Assembly: GCA_951406725.2 (NCBI GenBank)
Contig: OX597820.1
Location: 90,086,001-90,150,000 of the forward strand
Direction of reading: 5' to 3'
Length of the DNA stretch: 64,000 bases
Origin: Octopus vulgaris
Taxonomy: Eukaryota
Both the position numbers and the translations under genes were made by a program. Shown in pieces: positions 13,440 through 27,939 of the stretch. Below the pieces are notes generated by a model that saw only the letters and a program-made list of their open reading frames with translations, searched no databases and had not been told where the DNA came from. Positions within the stretch are counted from its first letter, which is position 1, and every line of letters begins with the position of its first letter.

Positions 13440-14024
13440 TTAAACGCATATATCGTATATATATCTATATCTGCTCCCGTTCTATGAGCATATATACATT
13501 AGCTGGAAAGCTAAACAATATATAGAAGAAAAGTCAAATCAATTCATTAATATTATACAAGGAACAATTATGAAAAGTGTTTTCATTTGCATAATAAGCG
13601 AATTTAAATTCAGACCAAAACATTATGATAACTAAATGTTATTATAATAGGTTATTAAAACATACAAACGTATATATTTGTTAAACATATCCTATTAAAT
13701 ACAATCATAGGAAAGTTAGTTAATGCAACAATTCAAATAAATGTCTTCATCTCTGCGTACGAATTCTAAGTTTATAGCTTACAGAGAGGGTATTGAATTT
13801 AGTAAAATTTTGATGGTTAAAATTACAGATAACCATTAAAATGTTTCCTTTTGCTTAATATTTAGTGATATAGAGCGCACTATACAGTTAGGGCAGGAAA
13901 GGAACTTAAACATATAAATACGAACTATTTTATTTTCAGATAAAAACTGATATGAAAATCGAACATGTGTGACTCTACTCGCTAACATGTACAAAGAAGG
14001 ACTATATTTTCTGTAATATCAACC

Positions 14025-14390
<366 letters not shown>

Positions 14391-14881
14391 TGTGTTATAT
14401 TTATCTAGTGTCTGAGTGTATATGGGTAAGTTTAATAACGCAGCCAGTGAAACAGAACACAAAACAAGGGTACATACACATTTTTCTTAATAATCAGCCG
14501 GAGTTACTGAGTGAACCGAGAGCCGTGCATTTCGTGCGTTCACTCTTATCTAACTTTTGTTGAGTACCAACGGACAAACGTATGGATTCCAGTTATTAAT
14601 AAAAATACGTACACACACACGCACACACACTCGCACGCACACAAACACACAAATAAACAAAGACACTCACACCTGCATTGAGCAAAAGCTGTTGTCAGTT
14701 TTGGTCACATATACCATGCTTGGTCCAATGTTCTCGACATGAGATGATCTGTATCCACCAAAGAAGCTTAGTATATGTAATATAAAGTCAAATCTTCCCT
14801 TTATGTTTTGACTCCGTATAGAAGAATGTTAACACTGAAACACAAGTCAATTATCGTGGTGTAGCATAATTAATGAAACAA

Positions 14882-14922
<41 letters not shown>

Positions 14923-15039
14923 GTGTGTGTGTGTGTTTGTGTGTGTGTATGTGTGCGTGTGTGTGTGTGCCTGTATGTATGTATGTATATGTATGCGTGT
15001 GTCAGTGTGTGAACAAGTAAAAGAAAATAGCTCACAAGA

Positions 15040-15950
15040 CATTTACTTGGTGTTATTCATATTCAATAACATATGTTTAAAATTTAACATGCCATCATCC
15101 ACGTGTAAACGAAATTTTAAAAGCGTTAACCAGATGATTTCTAATTGCAAATAAATTGGCCTCGTTTGGCCAGTTCATGCCATTTGTATACTTTGGAAAG
15201 GCGACGACATCAGAATATTGCATAACACTGTCCCATATGGTAGAAGAGACAGTGTAGTGATGAAAGGTAGTCTGTTGTGTCAAAGATTTAATAGTCCAGT
15301 GACATCAGTTACAACCATACCATATGATGAAGTAACCAGTTTAGTGACATTTTTGTTTGCATAGTGTGTCGTTAACCGGGTAATATGTGATCTCGATGAT
15401 TACACACGGAAGAATATATAATCACAACATAGGCAAACATCATTGTATACCTAGGCTTTCTACAGTTGCAGATGGACCAGAAATGTTGCAGGTGGGTTTT
15501 CGAGTTAAAGGCAGCAAGTGGTTTGGACACCATCAGCATAGTATATTTTCGGTGATAACAATACAACAGTTCGGTTTCCCTGTTCATGGATGCTGTTGTC
15601 TGTTGCACTATAAGCAGTTTTTCAATAAGACATATTTCGTTATTGAAAACTCCAGAACTGTATAGACGGGCTTTATATTTTATTGAATAAAGAAATATTT
15701 AAATATGTTGCTCGAACAGATTTTGTGAAAATCTCTTCCTCGATCCAGATGTCTCCAGATAATTCAGGCCAGAGAAGTGGAAAATTGCCCGACTCTACAC
15801 CTCAAGGAATACAGGGATTGTGTCGTGAAACTATTACTCTTTGTACACAGGATGCTACTTGTGAGAAACTGGTGGGATTTTCAGATGTTACAGTTCGGTG
15901 ACCAGAGAGTTACCTTTTGCATCCCTCCGCTGTAGTATGCAATGTTGGAT
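15040..15950 (-). mobile_element. Degenerate LINE reverse-transcriptase fragment (RTE-like)
   Basis: Minus-strand fragments KGN...PVS(L)TS, VESLGIQ.CL (GVxQGC-like), MQYSDV (YADD position), LNMNNTK. Confidence 0.5.
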
Positions 15951-16440
15951 GTGATGTTATCTAAGTGTGGTTATGTATGTGCATAGATATATGTGCGTAG
16001 ATACAAAAGTACGTATGTAAGCATGTATCTGTATAGCTATACAAATGTGTATGTGTGTGCGTGTGCGTGTGTGCGTGTGTGTGTGTACAAAAAGGCAGTA
16101 AGACCTTTCCTGAAGAGTCTCACGTTCGGTTGTGTTCGATTGCGTTCAGATGTGCACATTTCTCGTATATACTACCCATTGTAGACTTGTGTCATAACAT
16201 TATGTTGCGATATTGGTATTGCTTCCATAATCCATCATGTAATTTGGGTGACAATTTAATAAATTATTCTAGAAATGTCTGATAATATTTCGGTATCTTA
16301 CTTACTATGCATTTAAAATGAAGAGCAATTCAGCACATTGCATCACACTCTGTAAAACAAAGGTAGATAATAAAATATTAACAGAAAGTGAATCCGTACT
16401 TAATAGAACTTATCTAAGAATCTATTGTTATCTACTATCT

Positions 16441-16517
<77 letters not shown>

Positions 16518-16519
16518 TA

Positions 16520-16750
16520 TTATTTCTTACTGCCCACAAGGAGCTACACACAGAAGGGAAACCAAGGACAGGCAAACGGATTAAGTCGAGTGTATCGACC
16601 CCAGTGCATAACTGGTACTTATTTAATCGACCCCGAAAGGGTGAAAAACAAAGTCGACCTCGGCGGAATTTGAACTCAGAACGTAGCGGCAGACGAAATA
16701 CCGCTAAGCATTTCGCCCGGCGTGCTAACATTTCTGTCAGCTCACTGCCT
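16520..16750 (-). mobile_element. High-copy octopus tRNA-SINE with conserved GCCTTTCATCCTTTCGGGGTCGAT..AAGTACCAG core
   Basis: Closely similar to copies at 27940, 28192, 33640, 33985, 36470; head GGCxGxGAGCTG.CAGAA..GTTAGC, B-box GAGTTCAAATTCC. Confidence 0.88.
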
Positions 16751-17198
16751 TCATACGGAAGCATTTCTAATATTGCGCAATTTGTGTTTAACATACAGCA
16801 TGCACATCGGAAGGCGTAGCATTCTAATGCACTTAGAATACAATTCTGACAGGAGAGCCTTATAAACGGAGACCATCCGCTATAAAAGGGCAGTACAGAA
16901 GCCAGACCCACTCTATATCCTAAAATAGGGCTGAGACATCCTAGAAATGTTAAACGTGAATTCGGAGACATTATTTTTTTTTTCAAAACAACTCAGAGGT
17001 TCTTTACATTGACAGGAAATAAATTAGCAGGAAACAAATTAAATTAGAAAAGATCACGTGTATTCAGTATATGTAATTACATTACATCTTATCAGACAGG
17101 GTTTTCTACGTTCCTTTTCTGTGTCCACATCGTAACTTAACTGGACTCATGTAGATTGCTTTACCTCATCGGAGATATGAATTATGTATCGTACACAT

Positions 17199-17199
<1 letters not shown>

Positions 17200-17290
<91 letters not shown>

Positions 17291-17326
17291 TTATCTGTAT
17301 ATCTATCTATCTTCTATCTATCAATC

Positions 17327-17357
<31 letters not shown>

Positions 17358-17370
17358 CTATTTATCTATA

Positions 17371-17415
<45 letters not shown>

Positions 17416-17463
17416 GTCTTTCTGTCTTTCTGTCTCTCTCTCTCTCTCTATCTACCTATCTAT

Positions 17464-17505
<42 letters not shown>

Positions 17506-17524
17506 GTCTTTCTGTCTCTCTCTC

Positions 17525-17609
<85 letters not shown>

Positions 17610-17610
17610 G
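17200..17610. repeat. (TATC)n tetranucleotide array
   Basis: Directly visible. Confidence 0.97.
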
Positions 17611-18338
17611 CGTAAATATGGTATTTAGTCATTTTCTTGGTAACACGAATCCAAGAGTTTGAGATTGTTGAGGAAGTATCTAATTTATGTACTGAGACTA
17701 TATTTTTGGTAGCATATCGAACAAATATTTTGTGTTTTACCTGTATTTTCTCAACAGCTATTATCTTCCCAAGCACTTTTATTCACTTGCTGAAAAATAT
17801 TTTAGTTTGATTTCATCTTGCTCACTCATATATTTCATTTGTGGTTTTGTGTTTTATATTTCATGATTGGAAAGCTTCATTCTTACCATAGGTAATACTG
17901 CCTTACTGTATGTATAGAATATATTTATGAGCACTTAATGGTTTTTTACAGGAACACATAGATTGCGTTCCGGATATAATGTTGACATAAATTGTCTTGG
18001 ATTTATATCCCAATATTTAGCACCGAAATTGTGTGACTACTTTATTATTTATTATAAACACCCGGAATTTTATCCTATCAAGATTCGTAAACTTTTACTG
18101 GACGGAAGATGATTAGGAATTTAATAGGATTTCATCTCTACGTTCTTCGTTTCAATTATGTATTTGGTAAAAGTCCATAAAAGTTCTTATGGAATTTCAA
18201 CGGGCGGGAAATGTTGTTTGACTGTAATTCCTCTTCACGACTTAAAACATAACGTTTCGATTGCACAACACGTAATTTTACTGCCATCGAAAAATAATTC
18301 GTAAATGGAATTTGGTATCTGGAAACTGCAGAAACTTG

Positions 18339-18395
<57 letters not shown>

Positions 18396-18416
18396 TGCGT
18401 GTGTGGGCGTGTATGC

Positions 18417-18570
18417 ATAGGCGTGGATGTGTGGTGAATTGTTTGCTTCTTAACCACGTTTCTGGGTTCCCATCTAGAACCTTGGGCAAATGTCTCCTAC
18501 TATAACCTCAGCCCGACCAATGCCTTATGAGTGAATTTCCTTGACGGAAACTGAAAGAAGCTCGTCGATA
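18417..18570 (+). mobile_element. tRNA/CORE-like SINE 5' part
   Basis: GGCGTGGATGTGTGGTG...CTTGGGCAAATGTCTCCTACTATA...GACGGAAACTGAAAGAAGC, same family as 13063-13228. Confidence 0.8.
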
Positions 18571-19091
18571 TATATATACATATGTATGTGTGTGTGTTTG
18601 TGTGAGTGTGATTGTGTTTGTGTTTGCGTGAGTGTGTTTGTGTATGTGTGTGTGTGTGTGACAGTGTTTGTGTTATATGCTTGAGTGCGTGCGTGCGTTT
18701 ATGAATGTTTGCTCGCAAGTGGAATTATGCGTCAGCAAAGATTGCAAATATGCTTTTTCTCCGTGGATTTTAAACTATGTTAAATCATTTCGAATGTCCT
18801 TTATTTTGAAATTCATGAATTCATATGACGAAAACGATTTCTTTATAATGATGTAAAGTTTTCAATAACCAATGGACGCAATGGATTGACACCTGTACTT
18901 CTACTGTTACTCTTGTATATATATATACATAAATATATAATACATCAAGTACAGGACATCACCAACGAGTGAAACATATGTAAACACATAATGTGAGACT
19001 AGTGCGGGACAATATACGAAAAGAAGTGTAAAAACTCCCCAGTTGTCGACTGTTAATTATTCTCTATTTCGAGTGTATGTGTGCGTGTATA

Positions 19092-19151
<60 letters not shown>

Positions 19152-19594
19152 TCGCCATGATTGACCGATAAATCCATGTTTTCATTTATTCTCTGTTACT
19201 TCTTCGTGTTACTGCCTGTTGGAGAGCGTAGGCTCGAAACGTAATAGACTTTTCCCGCTTCCCGAGCGTCAAACTAATACATATGCTTGTTGTTTATACA
19301 CCTGTCTTCGTCTTTTGTTTTTCTGTAAATTTCAACTATACGCACACGTACACACACACACGTGCACACACACACGTGCACACACACATACATAACACTG
19401 TAAACACTGCTGTAGCCCAATGGTCAGCCTTCTCCTAATATGCAGAATTACTCCGTTGCAGGATTACTCATTTATGGTAGACTGGACTGAAGCAACGGGA
19501 AATGAAGTCTTCCTACGAACGCAGAGTATCACCGGTCTGAGTATTGATCATTAGCGCATAAATCTATATAATATAAATATACATCTACCTATGT

Positions 19595-19993
19595 GGAGGC
19601 GCAATGGCCCAGTGGTTAGGGCAGCGGACTCGCAGTCGTAGGATCGCGGTTTCGATTCCCAGACCGGGCGTTGCGAGTGTTTATTGAGCGAAAACACCTA
19701 AAGCTCCACGAGGCTCCGGCAGAGATGGTGGTGATCCCTGCTGTACTCTTTCAACACAACCTTCTCTCACTCTTACTTCCTGTTTCTGTTGTACCTGTAT
19801 TTCAAAGGGCCGGCCTTGTCACTCTCTGTGTCACGCTGAATATCCCCGAGAACTACGTTAAGGGTACACGTGTCTGTGGAGTGCTCAGCCACTTACACGT
19901 TAATTTCACGAGCAGGCTGTTCCGTTGATCGGATCAACCGGAACCCTCATCATCGTAACCGACGGAGTGCTTCTTTTTCATGCTTCTTTCTTC
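19595..19993 (+). mobile_element. tRNA(Arg)-like-headed SINE, 3' variant B, full length with TSD
   Basis: Intact tRNA-like head; 14-bp target-site duplication ACATCTACCTATGT at 19581-19594 and 19994-20007. Confidence 0.92.
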
Positions 19994-20909
19994 ACATCTA
20001 CCTATGTATACATATGTACATTTACAATAACAGTCATGCACACATGCACTACCCATCAACCATAAATGTTTCCCTGTGTAAGTGCCTGTCTGTTCATGCT
20101 TTTTATATTCAAAACTATCATAGCAATTTCCCAACATGCTAAATATATTGTGCAAGATTTAGTCGTTGTTCGCATGTTTTCTTTTCTTTTTGGCTTTTGC
20201 AGCCCGAGGTAAATGCCGGGCAAAGAATTCTGTCTGCTGACCATCTCATCCTTAATTTTTCTTAAACTTTTTCCATTTCAGGTTGGATGATTTGGCGTCT
20301 AATTTTAGCATGTTGAGTGAGCTTATAAAATCACTCTAATCGGCTCCTCCAGATTTAGTTTGTTCTTAGCAGCAGCATATTCCTTTTATAAGATAATCCA
20401 TATAAGACATTCATTCAGCTATCTTATTTCTTCTGTTACTACATATTAACAGAACAGAAGATATGTCTCTGTCTATGTGTGTGTGTGTGTGTGTGTGTGT
20501 TTCTGTTTCTATGTATGTATGTATGTATGTATGTATGTATGTATGTATCTACATATCTATCTATCTATCTATCTATCTGTCTATCTATCTGCCCGTCTGT
20601 CTGTTTGTCTGCATCATATATATATGTATATATACCTATTCATTTACATATCATTTAATGTGCACAATATAAAGATAAGAATAACTAATAGATTTTTGCT
20701 TTGATGACGCATGTCAAGGCAGGTTTTTTTTTATAACACGCGTGTTATAAAAACCTGCTTAGTCCTGCTTTACCAAAGCAAGAACTTGCTAGGAGCTTGT
20801 ATCATTATACAGTGTACATTAAATAATATTTATCTCACTGGATAGAGTACGTGATTGTCGATCTTACCCCAACAAAACTGTAATCTCTCTCTCTCTCTCT
20901 GTGTCTCTC

Positions 20910-20992
<83 letters not shown>

Positions 20993-21149
20993 ATGTATAT
21001 ATGTAGTTTATATCTATATTACCTAAACCTTACATTCTCCTCTTAAGACAGTAAAGAACGATCTGAAAGAAAATTTGGAGGAATGAGCACTCATATGGAA
21101 GGTTTCATGTTAGATTGTGTAGGTACAAGCCATGCACATTGCACTTAGA

Positions 21150-21560
21150 GTCATAAAAGTAGTACGAGTTATAATCTGGATTAAATCCAATATATACCAT
21201 ATTCTTTTACAATGTTTTTTCGAAGGACAATCCTTGTGTTAAATTACTATGAATATCTCAAAGTCTAATGTCCGTGGATTCTGCACAGAGATAAGAGACT
21301 AAAGGGGCCATTTGCCATTTCATGTAACGGAGCAATATTCCAAAAACGTTACGTTCGCTTTTCGACGTGGAAACCGAACTCTGATATTGAATGAATACTT
21401 ACATTGGCTTTATCGTTGGCTCAGATTCCCATTTTCACTTTAGCATATGGGAATATGTTCCAAAGATAAGTCAATACGTAATAACGCCATAAAAAGCTAA
21501 ACACCAAATCAACCGTTTTAGGGGTCATTCATCATTTGATTTTTATTTATTTCTTTTTCA
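21150..21560 (-). mobile_element. Very degenerate Tc1/mariner transposase remnant
   Basis: Minus-strand GKWPL.S...NPRTLDF resembles WPPxSPDLNPLDF. Confidence 0.35.
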
Positions 21561-21935
21561 AAGTTCCATACAATGACACTTTCTATTAGAGCAATGTAAA
21601 TAGTAATTGACCTAAGTGTTTTAATCTGGCAATTCAATAGCCTTAAGAGGCTGTACTGATTATATTAGTAATGCAATGTAACAAGAGCCATTTACGCGAT
21701 ATTGATATATCATTGTGCAGTATTAACGATTAACATAATAGAATGTGCAGTACAGCGTTGTCCCTTAGTTTCAAGAGAGAAGCTTTATACGCATCACAAT
21801 CATAGAAATATATTAGGTATATAACACAAAACACACAAACACACACACATTAGCATACAAAGTACGTTCATGTCTATATATATATACGCATGTATATATA
21901 TATACATACATACATATATACATATATACATATAG

Positions 21936-21966
<31 letters not shown>

Positions 21967-21986
21967 AATATATGTGTGTGTGTATA

Positions 21987-22040
<54 letters not shown>

Positions 22041-22304
22041 ATGAATTAATGAATTTTCTGTAGAGGTGTCCGGTTGTTTGATCAAGTAGACAATTTACTT
22101 GTTGAATGCATGTGTGAAGCGGCTCAACATTCCACAATACGTGTATCGTTAATGTAAAATTTGATATAGTCAGCGTTGCCAATTTAAGCATAGAAACTCA
22201 GGCTGACCCGGAGTTAGAGTAAATATGAATAAGATGCCACTGTGTGGCATACTACTCGGAACAGCATTATTGCGAAGCAAATTCGTAAATCGGCCAAACT
22301 TGCA

Positions 22305-22305
22305 C

Positions 22306-22394
<89 letters not shown>

Positions 22395-22395
22395 C

Positions 22396-22428
<33 letters not shown>

Positions 22429-22430
22429 CA
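22305..22430. repeat. (TATC)n array
   Basis: Directly visible. Confidence 0.97.
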
Positions 22431-24818
22431 TTGTAATTTGTTCTCTCTGTGTTCAACCCTGTGTGGGTAATAAAGAAACATATCCATCTATCAACCTATC
22501 TGTCTGTCTATCTATCTAGCTAGGTAGCTATTAGTCTGTATATGTGTCTGATTGAATATATGCCTACATATACGTGTGTATGTGAGCGTATGTTTATATT
22601 TACTGTCAACATTTTTCTTGTAAAAGCTAATAAATAGATACATATTTCACGGAAACTTTAAGTTTAACGATAAATTGATAGTATATACAGCATGAGATAA
22701 AATATCACTAGATTCATACACGCTCCACACATATGCACACATACAGACACAATCACACACATACCAAACACACATGTACGTATAAACTCTTCCTTCGAAA
22801 GCAGTACAGTGCAGTGGAATCAGCTATGAACAACTTTTCCCCGTAAATATTCTGGAGAAGGTGTACTAAGCCGAAAATATTGAAATACCAAGTAATAGTA
22901 TTGACAATTCAATTAAGATTCATTTGAACTCGGTACTTAAATTGAGGCATCTTGTTAGGTCTGAGTAACATGCATACTCAACAATGTTAATTGAATATCG
23001 CAGTTGGTGCATAAGTGCCAGCCACATGATATTCTTGCAGTGTATGAAGACAATAAGTCTCAGCTGAGTGAAGAAATCCGCTCTTAACTAGTCAGGCATG
23101 TACTTTATATTAAAAATACTGTCTATAATATTTACGAAGCGTAGATTCCAGGATAGATGAATAAAATATAAGTGTATAACAAAGGGGTACTGGTTTCAAT
23201 TCATTACGGTCGTTTAAAACGACTCCTTTCATTGACTAATGATAATGTTACATCATTGCAAAGAAACCGCTTTCGTCAGATAAATTCATGATTTTTAAAT
23301 ATACAGGAAAGCTCAACTTATTCAACATAGTTAACAAATTTACTGAATAAAAACTATTTACATTGATCCTACTACAATTCAGTTGGCAGAATAGGGTATA
23401 TTAGGTCAGATCAAAGAAAAAATTAGGGATTATTAGAGTTTAAATTAAGGAGAGAAAATAATTGATCAAGCGACCCAGTTATCTTATAACAATAGCAGAA
23501 GGAATGTCTTTTTATCCCTAGTAATGTGTTTATGTGTACTGGTCAGTGGTGGGAGAAGCAAATGACAGGTCAACTTACTAAATTATCAGAAGTGATGAGC
23601 TCTATGTCGGCTTAATATTCGCAACGTGGAATAATGGAGTGACAGATGGTGAGGGGATGACAGTGGGAAGGATAAGATAGAGAAAGCTGAATTTACTTAG
23701 ATTCATAAGCGTATTAATGACCTTGAGAAATAATGGAATAATAATTCTAAAATAAAATGAGGTGGTAATTAAATCACAATAGAAAACAAGTGGGTCTATT
23801 ACAATTTAGCATATTTAAAATATTATAGCATTAAAATAAGTTTAGAAATTAGATATATAGGTGACGAATAAATTATACTTAGAATTATTAGAAGGAAGTG
23901 AAGAAAAATAGTATTCAAAAAGTATATAAAGGAGTGTATTAGATTAAAAAATTTGGAATTTAAGCTCATAAGCTAATAAGGAATATAATGTATTTAAAAT
24001 ATAAGGATATAAGCATAAAATATACGACAAGGTATATAAAATATAAACTGCAAATATAAATAATCTTTGAAGAAATATATAAAGTATATATATAAGTATC
24101 TAAAAGAATATATTAAAAAATAGTAAAGAATATACAATATAGAAAAGTATTGAAATTTAAAAATAAAAATTAAAGAATATAAAATTATAGGAAAAATATA
24201 GAAAGATTTTAAGAAACAAAATTAATATAAAAATATATAAAAAATTAAAAAGGTATATATGTATAAAAAATCATAAAAAGATCTTTATTAGAAATAAAGA
24301 GAGATAGAAATATATATATGAGAATGTAATATAAATAAAGCTAACAGTATGGAAATGTTTTACAGTTGTAAGGTACACCATAAAATACGCAAAGATAAAG
24401 AAAGAATAATAGACCTTAAATGGGTATATATTGTACTTAGGAAAGGTGCGAAATAAAAAAGAGCGCTAGTAATAAAGGTAAAAACATATGATTTATCACC
24501 ATACATGAAAGGCAATGATTTAGGAAATGTGTTGACACATATTGTAATAACTAATAGGATGTAAAATTTCTGGGTTATAACAAATATATTACAAATAAAT
24601 ATTTCCTAGTTTACGTCATAGAATAATCATTTTAAACTCAAAGTTTATATTAGGTCACGAGAGAGTGTCATAAGTATGATTTGCTAAAGGAATACTAGAT
24701 CTAGTTGATCATATAAGTATTATTAAAGGTAACCATCAATGTGAATGCCGATATGCTAAAAAGAATATTTAAACATCTAGTATTTAAAGAGTATAAAAAC
24801 ATTGTCAAAATTTACAGT

Positions 24819-25234
24819 GGATCTTTTTCTGTTTGAATGGCAGTTTTTAACATAATTTCTAGGTAACTAAAAAAAATTAAACTTCGTATACTGGTCGAAT
24901 GTGTTTATAAAACATATTTTTCTCTTGGCATTATCGAGAAAATTCTATAGTTTGTAAGATATTTGTTGTTGTTTTTTCTTCATTTTCTGAAATTTCAACC
25001 AATCAGTGACGTCTATTGAGTTAAAAAGCATTCTGTGCCATTTGAATATGTCCCTCGTTTAAGAAACAGATTGGGTTTATTTACATTTGTTAAGAAAAAA
25101 AGATACCCTTCCCCCACCCATAACCCTAACCCTAACCCTAAAAGAGATTGAAGATTGATTCTAGGGTCATAATTATGGGTGACAATTTCATATGATACCG
25201 CTAGAAAAAACTGCCGTTCAAAACGAAAAGAACC
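24819..25234. mobile_element. MITE with ~30-bp TIRs and internal (TAACCC)n
   Basis: GGATCTTTTTCTGTTTGAATGGCAGTTTTT vs AAAAAACTGCCGTTCAAAACGAAAAGAACC are imperfect reverse complements; TAACCC x3 at 25121-25140. Confidence 0.75.
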
Positions 25235-26616
25235 TTTACGATGGGTTACAATGATACTCTCGGTGTTATTAATATTATTATATATATTTCTATTTACCTT
25301 CAAGTCTTGGATTGTATAACTAGGGGTTATATAATCACCGTATGAGGGTTGTATGTGAGGTACAGAGGGTGCCTCCGGTGGTCCATATAATTATATATAT
25401 AGTTATGCAAACATGAACAAAGAGAAAACATAACAACGCGAGGACGTGGAATATGTATAGTGTTATTGGACGCTCAGGAAAGAAAGAAGTAGGATTTAAC
25501 GTTTCGAGTGGAGCTCTTCGTTAGAAACATAGAAAAAGGAAAGGTCATATACATATTTTTACTAAACATTTTATCGAATCATTTCTCTCTAAAATGGCAA
25601 CCTCTACAAGTAATCACTTTCTCTTAAGACTTTAATTTAGAGAAGCTGAAAAACAATATCATCTACATTCACATTAACAGTTTGGGAAAGCCAGCAGATG
25701 TTTTCTGAACATCATTCTTTCTATTGCTCGCTCTAAAAAATTGTACTAATATGAATTTCTAACAAAGGCACAACGCAAGAAAGTTTATAGGACCGCACAA
25801 TAAGTCAAATAGATTGACCCAGTACTTATCTAGTACTTTATTTTATTGCCCCTAGAAACCGAAATGTGAAGTAATGTGTGTTGATGCTGCTAACCCTTTC
25901 ATGACTTAATTTCTGATAGGTAATCTGTTTCAATAAATCTTTAGTGCCAATTTAGCATACAGTGTACATGGCCATTTGCACTTTAGCATATTATCTAACC
26001 CTAATTCTAAACTATAGCTCTAATCTTAACCTAACCAATAACGAGGCTTGTATACGATGTAAAGGAAAGGAAAACAATATAAACGGATAAAGATTAAATG
26101 AATGTTTATGCAGAATATTAAACTTTCAAATGCACGGCAATACATATACAGTTTGGGCAGAGGTGCATATAAAAAGTTAACAGGGCAAGTGTAACATACA
26201 AATAAACGCAGGCAAGTAAACAAAAGTTGGTGAAAATAAATCACGAAATTAACACAAGCAAGTAAACAAAAATAAAAGAGAACAGAGTAGTGAAAATAAC
26301 CACAGGCAGTAAAAAGTATCCAAATGCATTTAGTAGAGATGACCCGAAAGTTGTTGCTTTTTTAGCTAAATACACGTCACTGATCGGTTAAAATTACCCA
26401 AATACGACATCCTAACACGAAATAACTTCTGGAATACGGAAGTTTGTCAAAAACGTTCAGAGTAAACCGTGTTCTACGATAGAAATCCTACAGCATTCGA
26501 AGTTTCAAACTATTTAGTTAAAAAAGATTAATGAAAAAATCTGTGATTCAAACTGAATAGATCCTGTATATACATATACATATATACATATACAAATGCA
26601 TATATACGTATATATA

Positions 26617-26703
<87 letters not shown>

Positions 26704-26757
26704 ACATACACACATATATACATACATTCACTCCACGCAAGCACACATATGTATTAA

Positions 26758-27141
26758 CTAGCAGTATCGCCCGGCGTTGCTCAGGTTTGTAAGGAAAATA
26801 ACTATAAAGCATTTTTAGAGAGTTATAGCCAAAAAATAGCAAAAAAATGGAAAAAAATGATGGTAAAATTTTTTTGAGAGTAAAAAACGGTGGAGTTGCG
26901 TCCCCTAGATAGTTTGCGGTTTGTGTTTCTAATTCTCGACCCCATGTCGAATTTATCGATTTTTTTCAGAACTGGGGGAACTTTTCAAAATTTTCGGTGC
27001 GTTAGTTTTGAATTATGACATTGGGCTATGTGTGTGTCAAGTTTCATCAGAATCGGTTGAAAGCCGTGGTCAGGGTGAGGGTACAAGCAAACAGACACAC
27101 AGAAACACGCACAGACAAACTGCCGTTTATATAGAGAGAGA
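26758..27141 (-). mobile_element. Non-autonomous Helitron (~384 bp)
   Basis: Minus strand begins TC(TCTCTCTATATAAAC), ends CTAG, has a subterminal hairpin CCTGAGCAACGCCGGG, and sits between A and T with no TSD. Confidence 0.85.
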
Positions 27142-27939
27142 TGTCATACTTTATGTCAAGTAATGTATAAAAGTATTTAATGCTAAACTGATTACCAAAG
27201 TACTTTAGTCGTGTACATATTTAGTTACTCGTTTGCCTTTATCAGGATGTGCTTTACTATGGTTGCCTTGGTTGTAATATATTCCTTGGAAAATTGTGGT
27301 TTAGTACTGTGGAGCTATAAAGATATTAATTAGGTGCGCTGAATGTAGACCGGGGAAGTAGTTGCAAATGGGGAAACAGAGGGGCTAGGAGGAATGTATA
27401 CATTTGTAGTCAGCACAAAAATTATATCAACTTTACTGACAATAAAAGAGAGATTTTATGATGTGTTAGCAAAACTATGTGCAAGATAAAATTTTCCACA
27501 TGGTATATAGAATCCTATTACGTAACAATCCTTAAATCATGAATGCGGACATAAAATGCTGAAACCGATATTCACGATTCTTGAGAAAACTGATGATTTA
27601 CAGAAAGTTAGCTTTGGATCAGTTGCCAAACGTTTTAGTATCCTTCATCTCAATTGCTGTTCGGACGGATAGCTGCTGAGGTTTGAAAAAATAAATCCTG
27701 TCTCGCTCGGCATGCGAATTCAGATTCGATTACATCATTTAGTATATGCATTTATATGCTCATTTTTCATTAGTTGCAATAATGAAAAGTTTCCAGGAAG
27801 CGCACTAGTTAAACCAATCAGAAACTGTGTTAAAAAGAAGCTCATACTAGTGATACATATTTTACCAAATATTTCGAAAGTAAAGAAGGTATTTTACCAA
27901 ATATTTCAAAAGTAAAGGCTATATATTTCACACTAATGA

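Noticed and set aside
16510-16986. Recurrent ORFs containing RSEFKFRRGRLCF or KVDLGGI
   Set aside because: Translations of the high-copy SINE, not a protein family.
17741-17789. Splice-signal-bounded minus-strand segment (similar cases at ~47460-47550, ~49120-49172 and ~49624-49719)
   Set aside because: Stops in all three frames; could only be non-coding exons, and nothing else supports that.
19595-19670. tRNA-Arg gene
   Set aside because: It is the head of a TSD-flanked SINE with no clean acceptor stem or immediate terminator.
23340-24800. Very A-rich stretch (also 44200-44760)
   Set aside because: Probably decayed Penelope-like sequence or low complexity; no diagnostic motif readable.
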